Shown piece by piece: positions 37,960 through 46,679 of a stretch of DNA of 64,000 nucleotides. The stretch is taken from positions 2,930 to 66,929 of the forward strand of contig JAOUMD010000001.1 in the NCBI GenBank assembly GCA_029881675.1. The letters are read 5' to 3'. This DNA comes from Minisyncoccota bacterium (GTDB lineage Bacteria; Patescibacteriota; Microgenomatia; UBA1400; PJMF01). Under the pieces are notes generated by a model, which saw nothing but the letters and a program-made list of their open reading frames with translations, was not told the DNA's origin and searched no databases. Each line of letters starts with the position of its first letter. The first letter of the stretch is position 1. Both the position numbers and the translations under genes were made by a program.

Positions 37960-38039
37960 GTGTAATAGATACGTCTTTTAAATATTCCATTCTCAAGAAT
38001 AGATGATAAAATTTATAGAATTTGGTGTAAAATATACAC
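37960..38039. promoter_or_regulatory. Two GTGTA-N5-TAC(AC/GT) sites in the divergent promoter of the NDT-RHH array
   Basis: GTGTA-ataga-TACGT at 37960-74 and perfect GTGTA-aaata-TACAC at 38025-39. Confidence 0.4.
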
Positions 38040-38073
38040 AGCCAATAAATATCAGTTATTTAGAAAGACGGCA

Positions 38074-38643
38074 ATGAAAATTTTCTTGAGCGCTTCAATC
38101 TACGGTAAACAACATCTTGAGGATAGTTGTAAGAAGATTGTTGAACTAACTAAGAAAAGTGGTAATACTATTGTTGCTGATCATATTTTAAGCACTACAA
38201 GTGAAGACATGCTTAAATGGCAAAAAGATAAAGATATTGAATTTCATAACTTTGTTATGAATGGTGTAAAGAACTCTGATGCAGTTTTTGCAGAAATTTC
38301 ACACCCAAGTACTTCAGTAGGTTACTTAATTGCTATTGCAGCCCAAACAGGTAAGCCAGTAGTTTGTTTTTATAATGGGGATAAAAAACCTCACCTCTTT
38401 AATACTCTAGAACAACAAAATGATAAGTTTGTAGTGGTTGAATATCATAAGCCTGAAGATTTAGACAAACTTGTCCCAGAAATGATTGAGTTTATTCATG
38501 AAGGACAAGATACTAGATTTAACTTCTTTGTTACTCCAAAACATATTAACTATATGAACTGGATTGCTAAAAATAAACGAATTCCTAGGTCTGTTTTCTT
38601 GAGGAGATTGATTGAAGAGGAGATGAAGAAGAATGAATTTTGA
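38074..38643 (+). CDS. NDT-like plus RHH fusion (copy 5, Glu replaced by Leu)
   Basis: MKIFLSASI, SDAVFAEISHPSTSVGYLI, QDTRFNFFVTP...IPRSVFLRRLIE. Confidence 0.72.
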   Translation: MKIFLSASIYGKQHLEDSCKKIVELTKKSGNTIVADHILSTTSEDMLKWQKDKDIEFHNFVMNGVKNSDAVFAEISHPSTSVGYLIAIAAQTGKPVVCFYNGDKKPHLFNTLEQQNDKFVVVEYHKPEDLDKLVPEMIEFIHEGQDTRFNFFVTPKHINYMNWIAKNKRIPRSVFLRRLIEEEMKKNEF

Positions 38644-39067
38644 AAATAAAAATTTTAATAGAATAAATGTAGCTGCACTTATAGTTGATGAAAATAGTCG
38701 TTTTTTAATTTGTAAAAGAAGTAAAAATAAAAAATTTCTTCCAGGAATTTGGCACTTCCCAGGAGGAAAGGTAGAAAAAGGTGAATCTAATATTCAAGCT
38801 TTACAAAGAGAACTAATTGAAGAAATTAATATTAAGAATATATCAGAATTTATAGATCTTAAGATATCACATGAATATATTGTAAAAGAAGAGAAACATA
38901 AAACAGAATTTTACTTTTGTAAAACTACAGATACGCCAAATATAAATAATGAAGAAAATGAAGCCTTAAAATTTATTTTACCAGTTGAAGTAAAAGATTA
39001 TATTAATGATAGAAGTACAACAATTCTAATTAATGCTGTTCAGAAAGTCTTAAATGAAAACCAATAA
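38633..39067 (+). CDS. Nudix hydrolase (MutT-like)
   Basis: WHFPGGKVEKGESNIQALQRELIEE Nudix box. Confidence 0.9.
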   Translation: MNFENKNFNRINVAALIVDENSRFLICKRSKNKKFLPGIWHFPGGKVEKGESNIQALQRELIEEINIKNISEFIDLKISHEYIVKEEKHKTEFYFCKTTDTPNINNEENEALKFILPVEVKDYINDRSTTILINAVQKVLNENQ

Positions 39068-39956
39068 TGTTCAGTACCATAAACAGCTATCAAATGCTTT
39101 TTTTGATAAAAACGGGAAATCATCAGCGCTCCCTACAATAATTAAGACTATAGAAGAACAACTCAAAATAAAAAAAACTATCAACTTTTTAGATATAGGA
39201 TGTAATAGAGGCACTCTTTATTCTATTTTAAAAATTATAATATATGAAAATAAATGGGAGGATAGGATAAATTTTTATGGTATAGATTATGACAAAAAAT
39301 CAATAGAATTGTGTTCAAAAAGACATAATGATGTTATTTTTTACAATATTAACCTAAATAAAATTAATATAAAAATCAAAGATCATTTTGACATAATTAC
39401 ATCTATTAACACTCTCCATGAAGTCTTTTCTGGATACATATTAAAACAAAGTGGTAAAAACGATCTATCATTCAAAAATGCAAAGACTCATACCGAAGCA
39501 GTTTTAACAGAATTAATAAAATTACTTAATAAAAATTCTTCATTTATTATTTATGATGGATTGGATGTTGAAACTTTTCAATATGAAAATATTGTTAGGT
39601 TTTCTTTTGTAAATGCTAAAGATAAAGACTTATTTAATATATTTGTTAAAGAATACGAACCTATTCCAATTAACGTTAAAGAGATAAATTTAAATCTTTT
39701 TGAGACTTCTAAAAGTAATCTACTAAGATTAATCAGTACATTCAAATATATTAACACTGATATTTGGGACATTGAACGAAAACAAACATATCATTTTTTT
39801 TCTATAACTGACTTTAAAAATACCGCTTATAATAATAATCTTAAAATAGAAACTATTAAAAGTTTTTCTAATGACATAGAACTTTGGAAATCAAAATTCA
39901 TATTAGAAGACTCTGATTGGCCTGAAAAATCAGTATTAATAAAGTATAATAATTAA
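39054..39956 (+). CDS. Class I SAM-dependent methyltransferase
   Basis: FLDIGCNRG, YGIDY, FDIITSINTLHE. Confidence 0.8.
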   Translation: MKTNNVQYHKQLSNAFFDKNGKSSALPTIIKTIEEQLKIKKTINFLDIGCNRGTLYSILKIIIYENKWEDRINFYGIDYDKKSIELCSKRHNDVIFYNINLNKINIKIKDHFDIITSINTLHEVFSGYILKQSGKNDLSFKNAKTHTEAVLTELIKLLNKNSSFIIYDGLDVETFQYENIVRFSFVNAKDKDLFNIFVKEYEPIPINVKEINLNLFETSKSNLLRLISTFKYINTDIWDIERKQTYHFFSITDFKNTAYNNNLKIETIKSFSNDIELWKSKFILEDSDWPEKSVLIKYNN

Positions 39957-39958
39957 AT

Positions 39959-40528
39959 ATGAAAATTCACTTTATCGGAGATCTTAATGGAGACATTGCA
40001 CAATACGAAAGTATTATAAACCTAATTGAAAAATTAGGTCATAGAATCGTCACAAAACATTTTATTAAAAGAAGTTTCGAAGAACTTAAAAATGAAACCG
40101 ATAAAGATGCCGCTGATTATTCAAAAAAAATGAAAAAGTGGATTAATGGATCTGATGCTGTGATAGTAGAAATTACAAAACCAGGGCTAGGCTCGGGTTA
40201 TGAAATATCAACTGCACTAGCGTTAAGTAAACCAGTTATTGTTTTATTTAAAGAAAATCAAAAAAATAGCCCTCATGTGTTAAAAGGTATTGAATCTGAT
40301 AAGTTACAAGTAATGAATTACAACATGGATAACCTTTCTGATTTACTAAACGACGCACTAGACTACGCCTCATCCCAACAAGACACCCGCTTCAACTTCT
40401 TTGTAGCCCCTAAGCACATTAACTTCTTAGATTGGGTAGCAAAGAATAAGAAGATACCTAGATCTGTTTTCCTTAGAAGACTTATCGAAAGAGAAATAGC
40501 TAATGATGAACAGTATTCTAATCAGTAA
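39959..40528 (+). CDS. NDT-like plus RHH fusion (copy 6, Glu retained)
   Basis: MKIHFIG, SDAVIVEITKPGLGSGYEI, QDTRFNFFVAP...IPRSVFLRRLIE. Confidence 0.72.
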   Translation: MKIHFIGDLNGDIAQYESIINLIEKLGHRIVTKHFIKRSFEELKNETDKDAADYSKKMKKWINGSDAVIVEITKPGLGSGYEISTALALSKPVIVLFKENQKNSPHVLKGIESDKLQVMNYNMDNLSDLLNDALDYASSQQDTRFNFFVAPKHINFLDWVAKNKKIPRSVFLRRLIEREIANDEQYSNQ

Positions 40529-40548
40529 ATAAATTAAATATAAATATA

Positions 40549-40575
40549 TAACCCCTCTTATTAGAGGGGTTTTTT
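40549..40575 (+). terminator. Rho-independent terminator
   Basis: ACCCCTCT-TATT-AGAGGGGT followed by a T run. Confidence 0.88.
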
Positions 40576-40826
40576 AATACTCAAAATACTTACAGGACCC
40601 AAATTTTACCCCTATATTTATTATATCTAGTTCATATATAATGATTAATTCCCCTCAATAAATCCAAAAAGGATCCATATACGCACCCGTTACGCATGGA
40701 CATAACAAGGTACTTGGTTTTATAATATAGGACGATACAAAATATAAATTAAATTATAAGCAATGAGGGGTAAACCCTCAAAAAATTTTGTCAATTTTTA
40801 CAAGCCTATAATTAAAGAATATAAAT

Positions 40827-42488
40827 ATGCCTATTAAAGAAACCCTTCGCTTAGCGGAAGTAAGAACTTATACAAACTTAGTTTTAATTCTAGCTATGCT
40901 CGCAATATTCATTATTAGCATCAACCCTGTTGAAGCTGATGATACTGAAAGTATTTGGCAATCTCTTAGTGAAAGAGGTCAAATCGAACTTACTTTAGAT
41001 GATTCCTACTTAGAATCAAACAATATGTTTGGTGATGTAGAACAACAAGTAAACCCAGAACAAGTTACTACTACTCTTAATATAAACATTCCAAATACTG
41101 CAGTAGTCAGAAGACTCTCAGATGGTCAAGAAAATGAATTCTTCCGTAGTGGAGAATTTGATGTCATTGGATGGTTTAACTCAGATGGTACAAGTTTTGA
41201 AGGATTTGGTGATGGAATTGTATTAGTCATAGATGGTGTAGCTGGTGGCTATGGTGTATTTGCATCAGAAGTTACTGAAACTGATGGCAGTGGTGTCACA
41301 GATGCAGAAGCTGCTACTACTCAACCATATGGGGAAGATGATGAAGGAGATATAGTTCCAATTGAACCTGATCCTGATACTATTACAACTCCTGAAGCAA
41401 TTGTTAACAATCCAACTATTAATATTACAGATAATATTAACGTAAGAAACACTAGTGGTCTTAACACTGGTAGAACTAATAACAACTTCCCAAGAGGTGA
41501 AGCTACTGTTATTGGTATATTTGAAGCTGATGCAGATGACATTTTTGGCCGTACTGCAATAGGTACTTGGTACGTTGTGGTTGCAGAAAGTGGTACTGAA
41601 GGTGCTGTCTTTGCTAATTCATTTAACAATGTAACTGACGTTCAAGAAGCTGCTTTACCTGTCTACACAATTACCAACAGCAATTTATCTGCCCCTGTTG
41701 AGGTAGAACCTACTGATGTACCTGAAGTAGAACCAGAAGCCGCTCCAGAACCAGATGATGAGACAGTTGTGACTCCAGAGCCTATTGTTACACCAGAAAG
41801 TAATTTAGGGTTTCCTGAGTTACCTAGTAGTATGGAGGTTTCATATTATGCATACGGTGATAGAAATGATGATGTAGTTACCACAGAAACATTAAATATT
41901 AACTCTGAAAGTTTCTTACCATTCCCATTAGGAATGATTGAGCAAGGAGCTTCAGAGCAAACTGATAGAGTAGGTTGGTGGGGAGAGCCTAATCCAGAAC
42001 GAAATAGATGGCAAAAAATTCCTTTAGCTGGAATTGTTGTAAATGTTGAAACTATCACAGAAGGATCTCGTCAATTTAATTTCATACACCTATTAACTCA
42101 AACTCCAGATGGTCAAAATGTAATTATTCAAATCAGATTACATGATCACACAAGGTTTTCACCAGTGAACGATGAATTACAAAACATGGCCTCTGATGAT
42201 GTGATGGCTATGCTTTGGGAAAGTAATGGAGTTATTTATGATGATTTGATTCAAGCTCCAACAAGAAACATAACCCCAGGTGACTATATAATTATTGATA
42301 TTGAAAATGTCGGAGAACAATCAAATACTCCAAATGGAACAAATTGGATGGTTAATCAAAGCAATAACAATATTCCCGATGGTACTCCTACAGCAGTTTT
42401 TGAATCAATTGATGATGGAGAGGTTGATAGAGAAATTCCTGTTATACAAGTCTTTGGAGGAAATAGAATTCTTTTTAATCAAGACTAA
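40827..42488 (+). CDS. Secreted, highly acidic protein with Pro/Glu linkers and a possible SH3b-like domain
   Basis: Signal peptide ending VEA; NINVRNTSG...WYVV...EGAVFA; EPTDVPEVEPEAAPEP linker. Confidence 0.6.
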   Translation: MPIKETLRLAEVRTYTNLVLILAMLAIFIISINPVEADDTESIWQSLSERGQIELTLDDSYLESNNMFGDVEQQVNPEQVTTTLNINIPNTAVVRRLSDGQENEFFRSGEFDVIGWFNSDGTSFEGFGDGIVLVIDGVAGGYGVFASEVTETDGSGVTDAEAATTQPYGEDDEGDIVPIEPDPDTITTPEAIVNNPTINITDNINVRNTSGLNTGRTNNNFPRGEATVIGIFEADADDIFGRTAIGTWYVVVAESGTEGAVFANSFNNVTDVQEAALPVYTITNSNLSAPVEVEPTDVPEVEPEAAPEPDDETVVTPEPIVTPESNLGFPELPSSMEVSYYAYGDRNDDVVTTETLNINSESFLPFPLGMIEQGASEQTDRVGWWGEPNPERNRWQKIPLAGIVVNVETITEGSRQFNFIHLLTQTPDGQNVIIQIRLHDHTRFSPVNDELQNMASDDVMAMLWESNGVIYDDLIQAPTRNITPGDYIIIDIENVGEQSNTPNGTNWMVNQSNNNIPDGTPTAVFESIDDGEVDREIPVIQVFGGNRILFNQD

Positions 42489-42506
42489 TTAATTAAGTTT
42501 TAAATA

Positions 42507-42535
42507 TAAAAACCCCTCTTTTGAGGGGTTTTTTA
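42507..42535 (+). terminator. Rho-independent terminator
   Basis: AAAAACCCCTC-TTTT-GAGGGGTTTTTT. Confidence 0.88.
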
Positions 42536-42559
42536 ATACAATAAATTACTATCTTCACA

Positions 42560-43210
42560 TTGATTAAAAAACTGTCTACAATGAAATATATGAATTGGAA
42601 AATATTAGTTGGAGGTAGCTTTTTTATAATCATTATCTTTTCTGTGTTCCTTGGATTTCAATTTATCCAAAACAGAGGTAATTTATTAAATATACCTGAA
42701 GGTAATCAAGTTTCTACATTCAAACCTCTCCTTACTAAAACTCCAGAAGAACGTCGCTTAGCTGCTAAGAGTGAGGCAAACACTAGCAGACAGCTTGTTC
42801 GAGGGTATGTTTTTAGATATAGCCAAGAGAACAATACTTTTGGAATAGCTGTTGAAGCTAAGCAGCCTAATGGAATTATGGGAGTTATAGGGGTAGTAGA
42901 TATAGTGATAGATCCAGACAGGATTAATGAATTTTTATGTTGGCCAGAATTTAATAAAACTCCTGCAGGCATAGATGTAGACATGAAAAAAACATTTATT
43001 TCTATGGGTGCTGATAATACACTATACCTAAAAGGAGAATCAAAGAAACAAATTGAAGCAGTTGGAACTCAACTTAATAATTCTCCCTATGTTTTTGCTT
43101 TCTTAGCTACAGCAGTAGAAGATTTAATCCCTTCTATAGAAAACTCAAAAGACCTTGATGCTCAATATGTTGATCAATTATCTATCTTAGGATGCAATGA
43201 AACTAACTAA
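42560..43210 (+). CDS. Membrane-anchored hypothetical protein (start may be 42590)
   Basis: N-terminal TM segment; overlaps the next ORF. Confidence 0.55.
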   Translation: MIKKLSTMKYMNWKILVGGSFFIIIIFSVFLGFQFIQNRGNLLNIPEGNQVSTFKPLLTKTPEERRLAAKSEANTSRQLVRGYVFRYSQENNTFGIAVEAKQPNGIMGVIGVVDIVIDPDRINEFLCWPEFNKTPAGIDVDMKKTFISMGADNTLYLKGESKKQIEAVGTQLNNSPYVFAFLATAVEDLIPSIENSKDLDAQYVDQLSILGCNETN

Positions 43211-44984
43211 AATATTTAAAACACTATTCACTTTAATATTAATAGCTTCTGCTTTTTTTATTTTTAAAGGTGATACCTTAGCTGCCTGTGGTGATGCTGC
43301 TTTTTGTGATGCTGCTCCAGGAGAGTGTTCAACTACTTCTAACGGTGGCCAAACAATTGTTATTGGATCATTTCAAACTGTGACAAGAGAATGTAGTGAG
43401 CTACAAAATTGTGATTACTGTACTTCTCAAGATTTACAAGATAACCCCTACTGTCAACCGGTCTGTACAACAGTGACAGAATGTCAAGATTCAGAAGGAA
43501 ATGATTTGCCAAGTGATACCGTTGTTACTACCACTTGTACCGACACCATCTGGGAAACTTGCTGTACTCCTGGGACACCTGCCGGAACTTGTGGAGACAA
43601 CATCTGTGAAGGAACTGAAACTTGTAGCTCTTGTGAATCTGATTGTGGAGCCTGTCTAGTACAGTGGTGTGGAGATGGCTCATGTAATGCTGGAGAAACT
43701 TGTGACAGTTGCGCTGCTGACTGTGGATCATGTAATTTCTGTGGAAATAATTCATGTGATGGTGGTGAAGATTGTAATAATTGTGCTGCTGACTGTGGTG
43801 CCTGTGCAGGTGGAAGTTGTGGAGATGGTTCATGTAACAATGGAGAATGGTGTGGAGACTGTCCAGGTGACTGTGGAACCTGTACCTCTTGTGGTGATGG
43901 TTCATGTAATGGTGGTGAAACTTGTGGAACATGCTCTACCGACTGTGGAGCTTGTGTAAGCTGTGGTGACGGTTCATGTAATGGTAGTGAGAACTGTGGT
44001 ACTTGTGCTACAGACTGTGGTAGCTGTGCTGACCCATCGTTCTGTGGAGATACAACCTGTGATGCCTTTGAGACTTGTGATACCTGTGAATCTGACTGTG
44101 GTGCCTGTGCGGAAAATGCAGCATGGTTCCAAATTAGTGCTGGACATGTCGGTAGTGCAAATGCAGGAGATGCTTCAGTAGCTATTCAAAGTGATATTAC
44201 CGATACAGCAGATTGTGTTGCTCCTGCTTGTGTTAGATCTTTATCTAGAACTGACTTAAATAATACTGCTTTAACTGACGGCTTTGCTGTTGTAGGTAGC
44301 GGAACAATTGATGCTAATGGTGGAATCAGTGAGCGTGATCAGAACACATATTCATCAAATACAACTAAGTCTAGATACCAAGAAAACTACGAATTCTTTT
44401 ATAGAAATTCTGGTTTAGCTGCAAATCCAACTGGTGACTTTACTGGATCAGAAACTGATGCTCAAAAACCAACATATAATGCTAATGATATTGTTTACTT
44501 CCAAAGTGGAGATCTCACTATTCAATCACCATGGAGTGTTGCTTCAGGTGAAACTTATGTAGTCTTTGTTGATGGTAATTTAACACTCACTGACGGAGAT
44601 GGTGCAAGTGACCAATTAATTGATGTAGCAGATGGTGGTTTCTTAGCCTTTATCGTCAGCGGAAATATAATAGTTAATGAACAACTTGGTAACTCAACCC
44701 TAGCCAGTACAACTTCAAATGTAGAAGGTGTCTATATTGCTGATGGTACGCTAACTATTGAGTCTAGAGGTACTGCAGGTGGAGGAGATGATCGCTTTGT
44801 CGGAGAAGGTGTATTTGTCGGCTGGACTGGAGTTAACTTAAATCGTGACTTTAGTGATGGTAGTACTAGATCTTTAGAAAATAATGATAAAGCTGTAGAA
44901 CTATTTGTCTACCGCCCAGATCTACTGGTTAATATGCCAGACATCATGCTTGTCCCAATTAGGATCTGGCAAGAAACTAACTAG
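43197..44984 (+). CDS. Secreted Cys-rich repeat surface protein
   Basis: Signal peptide; seven Cys repeats; C-terminal beta-rich domain (VFVDGNL, FIVSGNI, EGVYIADG, FVYRPDLL). Confidence 0.75.
   Translation: MKLTKIFKTLFTLILIASAFFIFKGDTLAACGDAAFCDAAPGECSTTSNGGQTIVIGSFQTVTRECSELQNCDYCTSQDLQDNPYCQPVCTTVTECQDSEGNDLPSDTVVTTTCTDTIWETCCTPGTPAGTCGDNICEGTETCSSCESDCGACLVQWCGDGSCNAGETCDSCAADCGSCNFCGNNSCDGGEDCNNCAADCGACAGGSCGDGSCNNGEWCGDCPGDCGTCTSCGDGSCNGGETCGTCSTDCGACVSCGDGSCNGSENCGTCATDCGSCADPSFCGDTTCDAFETCDTCESDCGACAENAAWFQISAGHVGSANAGDASVAIQSDITDTADCVAPACVRSLSRTDLNNTALTDGFAVVGSGTIDANGGISERDQNTYSSNTTKSRYQENYEFFYRNSGLAANPTGDFTGSETDAQKPTYNANDIVYFQSGDLTIQSPWSVASGETYVVFVDGNLTLTDGDGASDQLIDVADGGFLAFIVSGNIIVNEQLGNSTLASTTSNVEGVYIADGTLTIESRGTAGGGDDRFVGEGVFVGWTGVNLNRDFSDGSTRSLENNDKAVELFVYRPDLLVNMPDIMLVPIRIWQETN
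43587..44108 (+). repeat. Seven tandem ~24-27-codon Cys repeats, consensus CGDGSCN-xx-ETC-xx-C-xx-DCG-x-C
   Basis: Visible in the translation and as the recurring DNA tgtgg-gatggttcatgtaat. Confidence 0.9.
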
Positions 44985-45026
44985 AACCTGTTATAATAAA
45001 ATTATCAAAAGTATCTAAAGGAACAT

Positions 45027-45611
45027 ATGGAATTCTTATTCCCAATCATTGTAGTAGCCGGACTTCTATTTTATGTCGTCTCAATCTATAACACACTTCA
45101 ACAATTAAAAACTCAAATAGTTGCTTCAATCCAAGAGATTGGAAATCAATTAAAGAGACAAGCATCATTAATCCCTAATTTAGAGTCAGCAACAAAAGGT
45201 CATCTCAAACATGAAAAAGAAATCTTTAAAATGTTAACTGATGCCAGAAAGAAAATTGCTAAAGCTGAGAAATCAGGCTCTAGTGAAGACATTGAAAGTG
45301 CAATTGAATCAGTTCAATCAATGGTGCCAAGTTTCAACATTGCAGTTGAATCTAACCCTGAGTTAAAAGCAGATAAGACCATCTCAAAATTTATGAATGA
45401 ACTAACTGATACTGCTGATAAGTTAATGTATGCCCGTAGAAGTGTGATTGATCTTTCTCAAGCTTACAATGTTAAGTTGGTTACATTCCCAACTAATGTA
45501 ATTGCAAATACCTTTGGCTTTACCAAAGAAAAAGGTTTAGAAACAGCAATGACAGGCAGTCACGTTGAAGTCTCATCAGATGAGATGAAAGATGTTAAAG
45601 TAGACCTTTAA
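45027..45611 (+). CDS. lemA: LemA family protein
   Basis: TM helix then YN, QLKRQASLIPNL, HEKE, ESNPELKAD, FPTNVIA. Confidence 0.9.
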   Translation: MEFLFPIIVVAGLLFYVVSIYNTLQQLKTQIVASIQEIGNQLKRQASLIPNLESATKGHLKHEKEIFKMLTDARKKIAKAEKSGSSEDIESAIESVQSMVPSFNIAVESNPELKADKTISKFMNELTDTADKLMYARRSVIDLSQAYNVKLVTFPTNVIANTFGFTKEKGLETAMTGSHVEVSSDEMKDVKVDL

Positions 45612-45620
45612 AGTTACTTT

Positions 45621-46535
45621 ATGACCCATTACCAAACGATTCAATCTAACAAGAATAAGTCATTGTTAATAATGACTTTGTTTATCACCTTCATTGTCGG
45701 AGCTAGCTATATTATGGCTAAAGGACTTGGCTATGGACTTGATATTGTCGGTATCGCTTTGATCGTCTCTGGAGTTACTTCATTCTTCTCTTACTACTAC
45801 TCAGACAAAATCATCCTCACTATTAGTGGAGCTAGAGAAGCCAAAAGAAAAGAGTTTTTTGACTTCTATACAGTCACAGAAAACCTCTGTCTATCTAGCA
45901 GATTACCAAAACCAAAACTGTATGTCATTGATGACACTGCTATGAATGCTTTTGCCACAGGTAGAGATCCTGAGCATGCCGTGGTCTGTTGTACAACTGG
46001 ACTTCTCAAAAGACTCAATCGTTCTGAAATTGAAGCTGTGGTAGCTCATGAACTTTCTCATGTAAAAAATTATGATATTAGACTGATGTCTATTGTCACG
46101 ATCTTAGTTGGACTAATTGCACTTCTTTCAGATTGGATGTTAAGAATGACGTTTTATGGCAGAGGCAGAAAAAGAAGTAGTGATAGAAATGATGGTCAAA
46201 TACAAATGATTATGTTTGTTATTGGTATTATTTTAGCCATTCTTTCACCAATCATTGCCCAGCTTATCCAATTAGCTATCTCACGCAGAAGAGAATACTT
46301 TGCTGATGCTAGTGCAGTTGGCATGACCAAGAATCCACAGGGGTTAATTAAAGCTTTAGAAAAGATTAGTCATGATAAGGAACCTCTGGAAGCTGCAAAT
46401 AAAGCAACTGCTCATCTATACATCTCAAACCCACTCAAGAATACTCATAATGCCATTGGCTTCTTCTCTGGAATGTTCCAAACACATCCCCCCGTAAAAG
46501 AAAGAATTTCTGCCCTTAGGAAACTAACTTCATAA
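45621..46535 (+). CDS. htpX: Zinc metalloprotease HtpX
   Basis: NAFATGRDP, AHELSH, SRRREYFAD, THPP. Confidence 0.93.
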   Translation: MTHYQTIQSNKNKSLLIMTLFITFIVGASYIMAKGLGYGLDIVGIALIVSGVTSFFSYYYSDKIILTISGAREAKRKEFFDFYTVTENLCLSSRLPKPKLYVIDDTAMNAFATGRDPEHAVVCCTTGLLKRLNRSEIEAVVAHELSHVKNYDIRLMSIVTILVGLIALLSDWMLRMTFYGRGRKRSSDRNDGQIQMIMFVIGIILAILSPIIAQLIQLAISRRREYFADASAVGMTKNPQGLIKALEKISHDKEPLEAANKATAHLYISNPLKNTHNAIGFFSGMFQTHPPVKERISALRKLTS

Positions 46536-46567
46536 TTAACTTTATCTTGTGATATCATATAAGAACT

Positions 46568-46615
46568 GTGAAACTCACTCTATTAATTAACCAGCAAAAT
46601 CAACAAGCCAACTAA
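46568..46615 (+). CDS. Putative Asn/Gln-rich leader peptide (M)KLTLLINQQNQQAN
   Basis: GTG start 10 nt after the extended -10 TGaTATCAT (46550-58); 7 of the last 8 codons are Asn or Gln. Confidence 0.75.
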   Translation: MKLTLLINQQNQQAN

Positions 46616-46645
46616 ACTAGGGGCTTTGATTTTCTGTAAAGTTAC

Positions 46646-46670
46646 AAGCCCCCTTTAAAGGGGTCTTTTT
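46646..46670 (+). terminator. Attenuator terminator upstream of gatC
   Basis: AAGcCCCCT-TTAA-AGGGGtCTTTTT; its 5' arm is complementary to GGGGCTT at 46620-26. Confidence 0.8.
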
Positions 46671-46679
46671 ATTAAAACT

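Noticed and set aside
31239-40528. Retron, CBASS or Thoeris assignment for the nucleotide island
   Set aside because: No reverse transcriptase, cyclase, SIR2 or msr-msd-like RNA visible; only architectural analogy
35682-40528. Classical type II toxin-antitoxin array
   Set aside because: The RHH domains are C-terminal fusions on ~190-aa proteins and no RelE/PIN/MazF-like partner is present
43587-44108. Periodic repeat as a possible CRISPR array
   Set aside because: Degenerate in-frame protein repeats with no unique spacers and no cas genes
43484-44181. His-rich, Gln/Pro-rich and Val-rich ORFs (43528..43932, 43484..43840, 43669..43959, 43963..44181)
   Set aside because: Antisense or off-frame shadows of the Cys-repeat coding region
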